The notes under the pieces were generated by a model. The model was not told the DNA's origin. It made no database searches and worked only from the letters and a program-made list of their open reading frames with translations. This document shows positions 1 through 12,816 of a DNA stretch of 64,000 nt, piece after piece; positions within the stretch are counted from its first letter, which is position 1, and each line of letters begins with the position of its first letter. Origin of the DNA: Octopus vulgaris (taxonomy: Eukaryota); the NCBI GenBank assembly GCA_951406725.2, contig OX597835.1:31434001-31498000 (forward strand), in the 5' to 3' direction. The position numbers were made by a program, and so were the translations under genes.

Positions 1-102
1 TTCGACCAATCTCCAGCCGCAGTCTTCAGTTGTCTGTGAGGCGGCATGACGTCACCCTCACTAGAGACACACCCAAAGACCATAACACTTTGGGGAAACT
101 TG

Positions 103-531
103 GGATCTTTTCGGTTTGAACGGCAGTTTTTTAAAATAATTTCCACGTAACTAAACACTTTTAAACTTCGTAAACTGGTAGAATGTGCTTATAAAACATC
201 TTTAAAATTCTATAGTTTGTAAGATATTTGTTGTTTTTTTCCTTCAATTTCTGCAATTTCAACCAATCAGGGACGTCTATTGAGTTAAAAAGCATTCTGT
301 ACCGTATGAATATGTCCCTCGTTTAAGAAACAGATTGGGTTTATTTACATTTCTGAAGAAAAAAAGATACTCTTCCCCCACCCCTAACCCTAACTAACCT
401 TAATTAACCCTAACTCTAACCCTAATCCTAAAACCTATTGAAATGCAATAGATCGATACTAGGGTCATAATTATGGGTGACAATTTCATATGACACCGCT
501 AGAAAAACTGGCATTCAAACCGAAAAGATCC
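103..531. mobile_element. MITE with ~29-bp TIRs and internal telomeric CCCTAA repeats (copy 1)
   Basis: TIRs GGATCTTTTCGGTTTGAACGGCAGTTTTT / AAAAACTGGCATTCAAACCGAAAAGATCC; exact 8-bp TSD GAAACTTG at 95-102 and 532-539; CCCTAA variants at ~382-434; homologous copies at 11461 and 44849. Confidence 0.9.
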
Positions 532-724
532 GAAACTTGTCTTTCATGACGTTCATGTCACGTCTTATAGCATTGCACAGCATTCAGGATGTTGGCATTT
601 TGATACCCGACGCGAGTCATCATGATAGAGGAAACTCTTTTCGAATTTTCAAATGGCTTGCAGTCCTCCATATCAAGTAACGTTTTCTCAACTACAACTT
701 TAATCGTTTTTCTCTCCAACACCG

Positions 725-962
725 ATGCCTATTTCTTTACTATCCACAAGGGGCTAAACACAGAGTGGACGAACAAGGACAGACAAACGGATTAAGTTGA
801 TCACATCGACCCCAGTGCGTAACTGGTACTTATTTAATCTACCCCGAAAGGATGAACGGCAAAGTCGACCTCGACGGAATTTGAACTCAGAACGTAGCGG
901 CAGACGAAATACCGCTAAGCATTTCGCCCGACGTGCTAACGCTTCTGCCAGCTCACCACCTT
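725..962 (-). mobile_element. tRNA-derived SINE, family B (octopus OR/OK-type)
   Basis: Reverse complement matches the 62537-62770 copy; B-box-like GAGTTCAAATTCC on the minus strand. Confidence 0.85.
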
Positions 963-1822
963 AGATACCTCCAACACCGATACCTGTTCACCAATATATC
1001 AAGTTATTCCTGGGTAAAGAATGACATAGACTGTCATCATATTTAGCCAGAAGACTATGTATATGGAACTCATCTATAACGTGAAGCTGATGCCAACAAT
1101 TTTATCAGAACAAAAGACAGAAGTGCAAGCAACATATGATTCAAGGGAAATGGTAGATGTACACCACGGAAGAAGTACTCAAACTGTATCTAACCCTGAC
1201 TTCAACAAAGCTAAAAGAAAATCGATTCAAAAGAGATCCTCAAACGGAACTGTCTGGAAAATCTCTCTGTGAAAGAACAAAAGCGTAACACTTAAGCAAT
1301 TCATGTCAATTATGCAAGCCATATGCATTAAATTTTCCTACAAAGCAAAGTAAACATATACTGGAATATTATTCTCAGAGAAAGAAAATTTCTTTTGAGA
1401 CGAAGAACCAGAATCTTAAATCTTTTAAATGGACAACTTCAGGAGAGCGAAAATGCCGTCTGAAACTCCTAGACATAGAAAACAGAATTAAATACTCCTA
1501 GACATTGACAACAAAACGAATACATACATGAAAATGTGAGCGAAGAAAGCGGAACCAAGGCTGTATAGAATGTATAACAAGGAACAAAAATGTGTTGTAT
1601 ACATCAGCTTCGGAATTATACAAAACAAGTCTACTTTTCCAAGAAGTTAACTTACCGATTGTGGACTTCAAAAAGATAAGTAAAATTTTGAATAATTTCT
1701 AAAATAGTTTTACGTCTCCGATGAGATGCTTACAAAAGAATAAACCAAATGGGTTAGTCAGCATGGAGAGTTCTACTTTCGAAGGCAGAAAATATCGATT
1801 TGATTAAGATAAACAAGAAATA

Positions 1823-2029
1823 CAGTTCTATATTTAAGAGATGAGGAATTATGTACATTATTTACATTATTTACATTCGACGGATATTTGTCCTCATCTT
1901 GTTTGCTGTTAACACAACTTTTCGGCTGATATACTCTCCAGCCTTCATCGGGTGTCTTGGGTATATGGTGTAGTGGCTAAGAGCGCGGGCTTCTAACCCC
2001 AAGATTCCGAGTTCGATTCCAAGCAGTGA

Positions 2030-2116
<87 letters not shown>

Positions 2117-2299
2117 CAACAGCAACAACCATAATAATAATAATAATAATAACAACATCGAAAAATACCTTAGGAATGAGAACACAGGTTCGAAATTTCC
2201 CCAAGACACCTGGTGAAGGGTGGAGGGTATATCAGCCGAAACGTTGTGTTAACAAACAAGACGAGGATAAATATCCGTGAAATGTAAATAATGTTAATA
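1823..2299 (+). mobile_element. Non-autonomous Penelope-like element: inverted arm + tRNA-like head + (AAT)n + hammerhead
   Basis: Arms ~1853-1961 and ~2200-2299 are reverse complements; A box TGGTGTAGTGG 1966-1976, B box GAGTTCGATTCC 2009-2020; (AAT)n ~2034-2150; flanking direct repeat ATAAACAAGA(A/T)ATA at 1809-1822 and 2300-2313. Confidence 0.75.
2205..2250 (+). ncRNA. Minimal type I hammerhead ribozyme (core mutated, CTGGTGA)
   Basis: ACAC-CTGGTGA-AGGGTG..CAGCC-GAAA-CG-TT-GTGT; the antisense copy at ~1912-1955 reads ACAC-CCGATGA-AGGCTG..CAGCC-GAAA-AG-TT-GTGT. Confidence 0.7.
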
Positions 2300-3399
2300 A
2301 TAAACAAGATATAGTGTTGCCAAATAAATTAGTTCGCTTTTTTTTTCTAAACAATTTCAATTAATACTGGAAATATCTTTTCTCTTAATCTTTTTTTTTC
2401 TGTATTTTACTTTTGTAGCTCTATTCTTCAAATACAACTTTTGATTATTGTTTTTGAATTTTAAATAAATTTTATCTCTTTTCAGACATACAACTTTGGA
2501 GTTCCAGGTAGAGAAAGATGAATATTTTTTGACACCTGCTTCTTTTCGCTATTCCATCGTTTCTAAAGCTGGTAAAGACACTCGAAACGTTTGTGTTGTG
2601 CATTGAAGAGCAGGCGCTATTATAGAAAGAACTCGAACTGCACAGAAATTGTTTATACGCTTAAAGGAGTCGGGCGGAATCGACTTCATAGACGCTCCGT
2701 GTTCTGGCCAACCTGTTCAGTTTGTAGCAGATTCGAAACCGAATCACCTGACAGCCGTGCGCATACCACGTTGAAATCATTGTCATTTAACGTAATCGAT
2801 CGATCGACCGACCAATCAACAACAAGCCATCACGTGATCCTACTTTTTAGGACTTTCTAATGAACCTTATAAATGGTGGATTTTTGGCGGCAACTTCAGA
2901 ATGTCGAGGTAGCTGTTATGACTCCATTTTAATTTTCCGTTCGCTAGCTGAGAAGATTATGAAGCTTTTACTGTCATGAACTTAATGTAGTTATTTTCCT
3001 AGTTGTGATGAACTAGTCAGAGACTGATGCATTCCATTAAGCTGCTGTAGACCCTAGTAGTATATATCTCCCAGTGTGTACAAATCCTTGCTTTCATTCT
3101 TCATCCAAAGACCAAAAAAGAAAATACTGTGTGCTGTAAATAAAGCTATTACTAATTGTTTGTGAGTGATGGTTATCCTTTTACATGCAGCCCCACAAAG
3201 ACATTTTCATTCTCCACGGGCATCAAGGAACAGCCACAATAGAAACTCCCGCACCACAACTTCAAAGAGGTATATATAGTATATGATATAAGCCATAGTT
3301 AAAAATAGTTCTAAACTCATTTGCAGCAATAGTTCTATAAAAATAAAATCAGACTTAAGCTAAACTACTTCAGCTTCTTTTCCAAATCTTTTGCAGAGG

Positions 3400-3900
3400 A
3401 GAAGGTAAAGGAGATACTAAAACCAACAGACTTATCTCTCTGATTTCACTTATCAACAAAGTCATTAGCGGATTTCTCCGAGGAAAATTAATCATGTTCT
3501 TAGAAGAAAAAATTACGCGCTGACTCTTAGCATGCATTCCGTTTAAGTAAAAGCTTCTTCGACTCTAACAACTTCTACATTACATGAGTTGAACCTTTTA
3601 ATCAACTATTCAAACAAAGGCCAGGTTTATTTAGCCTTAAATAAATTGCGCAATCACGGCATAATTGGAAAAATATGGCTTTTTAAGAGGCAGAAGTCAG
3701 GTAGAAGCAATCAACACTCTTTCCTCAAAAGGAACAATATTTATTAACTGAATCCCTCCTCCTGAGAACTGTCACCTCCATCAGATATGCATATGGTATA
3801 AAAGTATCACAGAGTCTCAGGGACCTTTTGATGATGCCACAAGCTTATGGGAAATTCGAAATTCAAAAAAACTATCGCAACCAGGATATAGAGCACCTGT
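3400..3900 (+). pseudogene. Highly decayed non-LTR reverse transcriptase fragment
   Basis: ~3672-3722 translates to KYGFLRGRSQVEAINTL (RT Q-GFR-GRS--D-I-TL motif), followed by an FDDATSLWEI-like segment; many stops and frameshifts; boundaries approximate. Confidence 0.4.
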
Positions 3901-4469
3901 AGGAAGGGGAACCCAGATGCATATTCTCTTCGTGACTAGGGACAAATATCCGTAATGACGTCATAAGATTTTTAAGGCTTTCAAGAGAAGCTCGTGAATT
4001 CCGTATTGTGTCCAGATAACAGACGAATGATCTGTATTCGATCTGAACTCAAGAATTCAAGAACTCAAGAATTCAAGAACTCAAGTATCTCATTGGTCAG
4101 AGTCTTTTCAGCTTTGTATACTCTGGTGTACTTTTAATAAGCAACATTTCGATACCTTGGCAGTCATGTTAAATCAGACTTGTTAATGTTTAAGCCGACC
4201 AAATCTTTGATTAAACTGAGCAGCTGTGATGGCATCCTATCGTTGACATAGAGATATCAACACCTGTTTCTCATTCAGGAATCTCGGCTGATTGATTTAA
4301 GATAATCTCATGTCTGTGCATGTTAATGCTCAAAAACCACCCCGAACCTACCCAAATCAGCTGCAAGGATTCATGTGGCGGTGGGGGTGACCAGATGGTT
4401 TTGACTCTACTCAACTAACATACTTGACACATTCACCTGTTGCTTGCTTTTATTTTAAATATGTTTTAT

Positions 4470-4680
4470 TCTTTTTTTTTACTTGTTTCAGTCATTGGAC
4501 TACGGCCATGCTGGGGCAGCACCATGAATGGTCTTAATAGAACGAATCTACACCAGTACTTATATTTCTCAAGGTATGGTACTTAATCTATCGGTCTCTT
4601 ACACCGAAACGCTAAGTTACTGAGACAAAAAAACAAGCCTGTTTTCAAGCATTGATGGGGCACAAATACAAGGAGACACG
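4470..4680 (-). mobile_element. SINE family A, diverged 3' part
   Basis: TACTTGTTTCAGTCATT..GGCCATGCTGGGGCA.. similar to the 3' half of the 37271-37683 copy. Confidence 0.7.
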
Positions 4681-4728
4681 TACGTATAATTATACACACG
4701 TACACGCGCACGCATACATACATATATA

Positions 4729-5937
4729 TCAAGTCATTAAGAATGAAATGACCGATTTTGAACTGAAAGTGTATTTTACTTTATCTCGACAAAAAGCAAT
4801 GCAATTAATCAAAGTATGCACGTAAACCATCAACACAATTTTGCCATTTTATCGGTAGCTTATTTATGCCAGCAGTGAAGAATTCTGGAGAGGAAGATGT
4901 GATGAAATCACAAAAGGCAGTTTTTGAGGTTTTTTCCTTGCGAAAAGTGGTCTAATTCCTGGAAAACATGATAGTCAGTTGGTGTAAGGTCTGGTGAATA
5001 TGGTGGATGACAGAGTAGTTCCAAGTTCAGTCCTTGTAACTTGAGTAGTGTTCTTTTTGCAACATGTTGTCGACCATTGTTTTACAAGAGAATTGGCCTG
5101 TCTCTATTGACCAATCTCGGTTGTTTAATTGCAAGTTCACTCATCATTTCATCCAGCTGGTTGATGCATACATCCGCTGTAAGTGACTTACCAGCCAAGT
5201 CTCATGAAACCCTAGTAGATGATACCAGCGCTGGACCACAAAACAGACGTCATTAGCTTTTTTGGTGAATGTTCTTTTATGGATTGTGTTTTTTTACTTC
5301 GTCTCTATCCAACACCCGTGAAGAGCGCTTACTATTGTTGAAAAGAATTCATTTGTTTCATTACACGTAACAACATGATGCAAAAATGGTTCGCTTTTTT
5401 ACCGTAACAACAAAGAAAAGCAAGTTTCAAGACAACGTGTCATTTGATGCTCGTTCAGTTCGTGTGGTACCCACTTGTCCAGCTTCTTTACCTTGCCTAT
5501 TTGTTTTAGATGGTCCAATACAGTTGGAATCGAAACATCAAACCTTGCTGCTAACTCACCCGTAGAGGATGTATTCGCTTCCATTACAGTATCCATTTTG
5601 GTCTGAGTTCTTCGACAGGGATGATTTTCAAGAGTCACGATCGAAACTTCTCAATCCATCGACGCGCAATGCGTTCATTCGCCACATCTTCACCAAACAC
5701 CTCGTTGATGTTTCGAACCGTCAAGGTTGCATTGGTTCCACGGCGGAACTCATATCCATAAGCAACACGAATTTTCGATCTATCTATGGGTTCACAAAAA
5801 TTGATTTACATTTCGAAAAGTGATGATGTAACTTTCCAATGTTGTAAAACAAAGAATAGTTAGGATAAAACATAAGAGTTAACGACTGTCAAATTTGGTG
5901 CATAAGAAAATCGGACATTTCATTCTTAATGAACTGA
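4729..5937 (-). mobile_element. Mariner (DD34D) transposon with decayed transposase
   Basis: TIRs TCAAGTCATTAAGAATGAAATGACCGATTT / AAATCGGACATTTCATTCTTAATGAACTGA, TA on both sides; minus-strand KLDKWVPHEL and PYSPDLTPTDYH motifs, frameshifted. Confidence 0.92.
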
Positions 5938-6018
5938 TACATACATACATGCATACATACATACATACATACATACATACATACATACATGCATACACAC
6001 ACACATATATATATATAT

Positions 6019-6225
6019 AGTTAATCCAAACATGAAAACACAAAGAGAAAACACAACAACGCGAGGACGTGGAACAAGTATAGTATTATTGGACGCTCAG
6101 GAAAGAAGGCAAGAAGGAGGGTTTAACGTTTCGAGCGGAGCTCTTCGTCAGAAACACAGGAAAAGGAAAGATCCAAAGAATGGAAGTCGGAGGAAAAAAA
6201 TCGCCAACGGTACACACACGGTCAT
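6019..6225 (-). mobile_element. Penelope-like pLTR fragment carrying a hammerhead
   Basis: Homologous to 27355-27600 in opposite orientation; bounded by (TA)n. Confidence 0.75.
6121..6155 (-). ncRNA. Minimal type I hammerhead ribozyme, intact core
   Basis: GTTT-CTGACGA-A-GAGC-TCC-GCTC-GAAA-CG-TT-AAAC; palindromic stem III. Confidence 0.85.
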
Positions 6226-6444
6226 ATATATATATGTATGCAGCACGGAATTTTGTCAGAGAACAGGTCGCGGTTTCAAAGCAACGAAAATATATTGACA
6301 TATTAGATTTAAATATTGAAGTGAATCTAACGGTTTTTGTATGTTTTTAAATGGGTTATAAACACCTTCCCTGCTGCAATTGTACATATGTACATATGTG
6401 TGAGTGTTTGTGTGTGTGTGTGTGTCTGTGTGTGCGCGTGCGTG

Positions 6445-6752
6445 AAGGCACGAGGTTTAGTGGTTAGGACGTTCAGCTCACGATTGTAATTCCCGGCATC
6501 TCGTTGTGTCTTTGGGTAAGACACTTTATTTCACGTTGCTCCCGTTCACTCAGCAGGCAAAAATGAGAAGTACCTGTATTTCAAAGGGCCCGCCTTGTCA
6601 CACTCTGTGTCACGCTGAATCTACCTGAGAACTACGTTAAGGGTACACATGTCTATGGAGTGCTCAGCCACTTGAACGTTAATTTCACGAGCAAGCTGTT
6701 CCGTTGATGGTATCAGCTGAGATTCTCGTCGTCATAACCGACGGAATACTCC
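6445..6752 (+). mobile_element. tRNA-derived SINE, family C (Nin/CORE-like central domain)
   Basis: GGCACGAGGTTTAGTGGTTAGG head, CTTTATTTCACGTTGCTCC..CACTCAGC core; near-collinear with 60250-60558. Confidence 0.85.
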
Positions 6753-6753
6753 T

Positions 6754-6845
<92 letters not shown>

Positions 6846-6856
6846 AGTATGTATGC

Positions 6857-6932
<76 letters not shown>

Positions 6933-6959
6933 CTATAACTGTATGTGTATGTGTGTGTG

Positions 6960-7172
6960 TGTATGTTTATCCCTCATCACTGCTACACAATTCGTGATGC
7001 TGTGGTCACGTCCACTAAACTTAGCGGTTTAACAAAAGTCACTAACAGAATCAGTACCAGTCTTTATATAAATTAGTACAAAGATCGATTCATCCGACTG
7101 AAAGTCTTAACGGCGGTGCCCCAGCATGGTCGCAGTCTAATGACTAACAAGCAGAAGATAAAAAATAAAAGA
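6960..7172 (+). mobile_element. SINE family A, diverged 3' part
   Basis: ACTTAGCGGTTT..GGCGGTGCCCCAGCATGGTCGCAGTCTAATGACT. Confidence 0.7.
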
Positions 7173-7501
7173 TAATTAAGAAACCGTCTACTATTTTGAT
7201 ACAGACAATTATTTTTGTTAATAATATAATTACATACTACCGAAAGCATACATTGCTCAATCAGTTTATTTCGGCCCTATATATTTGAGTACGTTGCAGT
7301 GGAATCTCTATTAAGGGTATTATTGGTTTCAAATTCTGGCTCAAGGCAAGCTATTTCGAGAGTGGGGCTAAGTACAGGCGGTCAACTTAGCAATTTTATT
7401 GTTAGTATGCTCGGTGAGCGCCAAAACAACAATGGCGGAATGATTCTGTTGTCGAATCAGTTCGCTATTTACCTGAAAAATAAAGAGGTGGGCTAGATTT
7501 G

Positions 7502-7732
7502 GGTGACCGGTAATAAAGTCACAGGAAAAAAGTCACAGTAATAAAGTCACAATTTTAGGTGGGAAAAAAGGGACAGGAAAAGTCACGAATATTTATGGTG
7601 GCCGGTAATAAAGTCACAGAAAAAACAAGTTCCAGTTAATTTATGGGATCCGGACAAACTCCGCTTGGACAAAACCCTCGCGGACAAAACACCTGTGACT
7701 TTTTTTCCTGTGCCCTTTTTTTACCTAGATTC
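7502..7732. mobile_element. MITE with subterminal AAAGTCACA repeats (Mutator-like)
   Basis: Tandem GG(T/A)AA(T/A)AAAGTCACA units on the left, inverted TGTGACTTTTTTTCC on the right; internal GGACAAAA repeats; 8-bp flanks TAGATTTG/TAGATTTT. Confidence 0.7.
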
Positions 7733-8417
7733 TAGATTTTCGAGCAATCAAGGTTTTGTTAAAAACAGAAATGTTAAACTCACTAAGTCAATTGCTTAAA
7801 ATTGGTCTCAATGTATCTGTAAGCCCTTGAATATATATGTGTGTTTGTATGTATGTGTGTGTGCATGCTTGTGTGTGATTTTTTGTCTATGTATGTGCAT
7901 GTGTGTGCATTCGTATAGAGGCATAATCCTTTAGTTATGTCATATAATAATTCCACGTGCAATATGTCATATACATATATTTGTATTGCGAATAGAAATA
8001 AGCTATAGTTTCGTTGTTTGTCTAATTGATTCCGCACAAGAATATGTTGACAAAGGCATCTCCACTAAAGCTGTCCTGTACACAAACGAACAGCATACAG
8101 TTATACATTCACACATTGACAGACAAACATCTACACAGTACACCACATTTGTATACACGTATACACAGGCATTACAAACATCCGTACATACGCATGGACA
8201 CATACACGTTCACGCATCAATATGTGCCATATATTTCTTTGCATATCATACATGCACGAGCATGTAAACATGTTTCGTTTGACAAAAAATAACCAAATGT
8301 ATTAGTTTGTATATCGGATAAAGGCTACAGCTGACACCGTGGAATATTGATACGTACATCAAATATACATATACAAACGTGCATTAATATATAAAAACCT
8401 AAATACATGTGTGTATA

Positions 8418-8461
<44 letters not shown>

Positions 8462-8499
8462 CATATATATATATATTGACATAAATAAATATATATATA

Positions 8500-8717
8500 T
8501 ATTTTATTCTTTTACTTGCTTCAGTCATTTGACTGCGGCCATGCTGGAGCACCGCCTTTAATCGAGCAACTCGACCCCGGGGCTTAGTCTTTGTTAGCCT
8601 AGTACTTATTCTATCGGTCTCTTTTTGCCGAACTGCTAAGTGACGGGGACATAAACACACCAGCATCGGTTGTCAAGCAATGCTAGGGGGACAAACACAG
8701 ACACACAAACGCACACA

Positions 8718-8774
<57 letters not shown>

Positions 8775-8928
8775 GACAGGCTTCTTTCAGTTTCCGTCTA
8801 CCAAATCCACTCACAAGGCATTGGTCGGCCCGAGGCTATAGTAGAAGACACTTGCTCAAGGTGCCACGCAGTGGGACTGAACCCGGAACCACGTAGTTGC
8901 TAAACAAGCTACTTACCACTCCTGCGCC
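8500..8928 (-). mobile_element. SINE family A, near full length
   Basis: Reverse complement of the GGCGCAGGAGTGG..GGTTCAGTCCCACTGCG head through the GAAGCAAGTAAAAGA tail; internal (TA)n. Confidence 0.92.
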
Positions 8929-9314
8929 TTATATTTATTTATTTATGTCTATATGTATATGTATGTATGCATGTATGTATAAATAAATATGCATGTTTGT
9001 ATGTATACATATGTACATTTTCACAGTTATAGAGAGGTCAGCTGTCCCGCAGATGCGAGGTTTTCTCACGGAAAGCCGCTTAGAGATTTATAGCTTCTCA
9101 ACTTAGATTATGTATATTTATACTAGATTCTGCTCATAATAATTGGTGTACTTTGGTATGTTAGTAAATATATCAACAGTGATATTGGAAAACGGAGAGA
9201 ACTGAAGCAAAGAAAATGAATGACCAACTTATTCGCAATTCCGATATATGTTTGCTATCCCTGTAGGTTCTCCGTCACTCAAGCTGAACCATGCAGTTTC
9301 ACATGTATTTTCTA

Positions 9315-9465
9315 TCCTTTATTTGTTTCAGTCATTAGACTGCGGCTATGCTGGGGCACTGCCTTGAAGAACTTTTAGTTGAATGAATCGACCTCCCAAT
9401 ATTTATTTTTTGTTAAGCCTAGGACTTATTTTATCGGACTCTTTTTTCCGAACCGCTTAGTTAAG
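9315..9465 (-). mobile_element. SINE family A, 3' fragment
   Basis: TTGTTTCAGTCATTAGACTGCGGCTATGCTGGGGCAC..CCGAACCGCTTAGTTA. Confidence 0.7.
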
Positions 9466-9471
9466 GGGTTG

Positions 9472-9878
9472 GGGATAAGGAGATAGACAGAGAACATGTT
9501 TTACCAACATCACAGTTGTAACATGTTTTACCAACAACATCACAGTTACAACTGTGATGTTGTTGGTAAAACAGGTCCTTTGCCTATCTCCTTATCCACT
9601 TGGAGATTTTGAGTAAAATTATACTAATTTGTCCATCTAATTTAATTAAATTCTATGTCTTTGTGCAACTGAAGATTGCTCTAAATTTTAAATTGATGTA
9701 ATGAAATGATGGCATTGTTCAATTAAATGGAGTCGCATGAAACGATCGTACTGCATTACTTCCGGATATCCTTGTTGCTTATTTTGATTTTAATCACCTT
9801 ATTTTGAAATTGTATGGATAATATACTAAATTCTGGTGCCTCAACTTAAGTACCATATTCATCTGAATCTAAATTTAT
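9472..9878 (+). mobile_element. Penelope-like fragment with 5' fold-back and hammerhead
   Basis: Inverted repeat 9472-9597; hammerhead GTGCA-A-CTGAAGA..GAAA-CGATCG-TA-CTGCAT at 9663-9756; 3' part homologous to 61825-61950 and 55657-55790; ends at (TA)n. Confidence 0.7.
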
Positions 9879-9886
9879 ATATGCAT

Positions 9887-9966
<80 letters not shown>

Positions 9967-10029
9967 GTATATATGTATACATATGTATGTATATATGTAT
10001 ATATATGTATGTATGTATTTATTTATATT

Positions 10030-10250
10030 TGTCTGTGTTTGTCCTCCCTCCATCACTTGGAAATCGATGCTGGTATTTTTATGTCCCCGTAGCTTAGTTA
10101 TTCGGCAAACGAGACCGAAAGAATAAGTTCTAGGTTTACAGAGAATAAAGTGCTGAGGTTAATTTCTTCGATGAAAACCCTTTAAGGCGGTGCTCCAGCA
10201 TGGCCTCAGTCACATGACTGAAAGAAGTAAAAGAATAATTGAATAAAAGA
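10030..10250 (+). mobile_element. SINE family A, 3' part
   Basis: GTGTTTGTCCTCCC..GGCGGTGCTCCAGCATGGCC..GACTGAAAGAAGTAAAAGA. Confidence 0.8.
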
Positions 10251-10545
10251 AAATACCCAGCTTGTATTCCCTTTTCCTTCCATGTAAACTCCCTTTTAAC
10301 CATTAATCTCCTGCTGTGTCACATCGCTAGTTCTGTTCCTTCTTATCTTACATTTGTTCCTTTCTTACTGACTTGGATTATTTTATGATCACACGTCTTG
10401 AACGATATTTTTAAAAAATTTACACTCAGATATTCACACACAAAGACGTATACACACAATCTCTCACGCTCACACACATTTGCACACACACACACATACA
10501 CACCCGTATACTCACACAAACACTCGTATTCACGAATAAAAATAT

Positions 10546-10576
<31 letters not shown>

Positions 10577-10779
10577 CTATCTATCCATCCATCTTTCTGT
10601 TTGTCTCTCTCACTTTATGCGCGCATACACACACACACACACACACACACACAGATAGATGCATAGATTAGCTATCTATATACACGCTCACTCACAATTA
10701 TCTATTCTTCTCTCTCTCTCTCCCTCTCTGTCTGTCTATCTATTTATCTATCTATATCTATCTATCTATATCTATCTAT

Positions 10780-10824
<45 letters not shown>

Positions 10825-11059
10825 TCTACGTGATAACGCCATGCTGAAAATAGCAGTCTTACTCTAAAACCACATTAAATGTTCATACAGCACAAGGAGA
10901 GAAGACAAAAAGACAAAATAAACAATTATGATTTTAATGATAATTATTACCTTTGAAGGTTTTTATTTCCATGCTGGCCACTTGATAAGATCATTATTTA
11001 ATTCAAATTAACGATCTTATCCTTATATATATATATATACACATACACATACACATCAT

Positions 11060-11405
11060 GGGCTTCCCCGTCGTTGTCGACCCTTGAGGATTCGGCAATT
11101 TTTTGCCGAACAACCACACAGATGATTTGTTTATAGTGATCAAATGTTTGTGTTTACATAAGCTCACTCCCTCCATCAAATCGACATTACCTGCACAGGT
11201 GCCCCGTGTACCACATGTCAGATGATCGCCGAGCAACGTAAAATGAAGTGCTTTGCTCAGGAACACAACTTACATTCGCAATTCCGATGTATGTTTGCTA
11301 TGCCTGTAGGTTCTCCGTCACTCAAGCTGAACTATGAAGCTTGACAATGTGGGAATCGAACCCACGATCTCGCAATCGTGAGTGCAAAGTCCTAACCACT
11401 AAGTC
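11060..11405 (-). mobile_element. tRNA-derived SINE (family C-related), interrupted by a ~75-bp insert
   Basis: Minus strand TAGTGGTTAGGACTTTGCACTCACGATTGCGAGATCGTGGGTTCGATTCCC head; GTGTTCCTGAGCAAAGCACTTCAT core. Confidence 0.75.
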
Positions 11406-11460
11406 ATATGTGTATATATGGGTGTGTTTTGGTGTGTATATTTGTATGTGTGTGTGTGCA

Positions 11461-11879
11461 GAGCTTTTCGGTTTGAACGGCAGTTTTTAAAAATAATTTC
11501 CACGTAACTAAACACTTTTAAACTTCGTATACTGGTAGAATGTGTTTATAAAACATCTTTTTCTCTTGGCTTTATCGAGAAAATTCTATACTTTGTAAGA
11601 TATTTGTTGTTTTTTATTTCTTCAATTTCTGCAATTTCAACCAATCAATGACGTCTATTGAAGGTGAAAACATTCTGTGCCGTATGAATATGACCCTCGT
11701 TTAAGAAACAGATTGGGTTTATTTACATTTCTGAAGAAAAAAAGATACCCTTCCCCCCACCCCTAACCCTAACCCTAAAAGAGTTTGAAATGCAATAGAT
11801 CGATACTAGGGTCATAATTATGGGTGACAATTTCATATGACACCGCTAGAAAAAACTGCCATTGAAACCGAAAAGATCC
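11461..11879. mobile_element. Telomeric-repeat MITE, copy 2
   Basis: Same TIRs and body as 103-531; (CCCTAA)3 at 11761-11778; left terminus eroded. Confidence 0.88.
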
Positions 11880-12613
11880 ATGAAGTGCTATGCTCAGGAA
11901 CACAACACAACATCCGCTCTGTTAATCGAACCCACGATCTCGCAATCGTGAGTGCAAAGCCCTAACCACTGAGCCATATGTGTATATATGCGTGTGTATG
12001 TGTGTGTATATTTGTATGTGTCTGTGTGTGCGCGATTCCGTGTGTGTGTATGTGCCATCATATGATATTTGTACGCATTTCATTTTGCTCTTAATAGCAA
12101 TGCTCTTTTCTCTTCCTCACCTCTCTATAAGCTTCTTTTTTCACCCCTCCGGCTCCTCCTTTCCACCACCCGCCCACTCCAGACGAGGAAAATTGTTTAT
12201 TTAAAATAGATAAAGAGAAAGATAGCGACGGAAAGACAGTAAAGAAAAGCGGAGAGAAAATTAGATGTTATAATCGGTGAGAAAAAATATTGTTAAAACA
12301 ATAAAGAGGAGCCATTTTAGAAACCTCTACACTATCTATTTATCAATGTGCGTGTGTGTGTGTATGCATGACAGTCAGTGCATGTGTGTGTGTACGTCTG
12401 TGTTTGTGAGTGTGTGTCTTCATCTATCTATTTATCTATTTGCATCTTAATATGTTTTCTGCTTTTTACGATTTTCTTCGTTTCTTTCGACTCACGCTGA
12501 TTTCTTTTAAAGACATATTTTCATATAAACATCCATGTCTGTGTATATATATATATATGTGTGTGTGTGAGTGTGAGCGTGTGTATCTATCAATCTCTCT
12601 CTCTCTCTCTCTG

Positions 12614-12647
<34 letters not shown>

Positions 12648-12667
12648 CATACATATATATATATATG

Positions 12668-12816
<149 letters not shown>

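Noticed and set aside
1961-2032. Functional tRNA-Arg(TCT) gene
   Set aside because: Acceptor and anticodon stems are broken, no oligo-T terminator follows, and it sits inside a repeat; treated as a tRNA-derived head
2455-2515. Possible 22-nt micro-exon (polypyrimidine-CAG..GTAGAG)
   Set aside because: Weak donor, no partner exons; cannot be supported without RNA-seq
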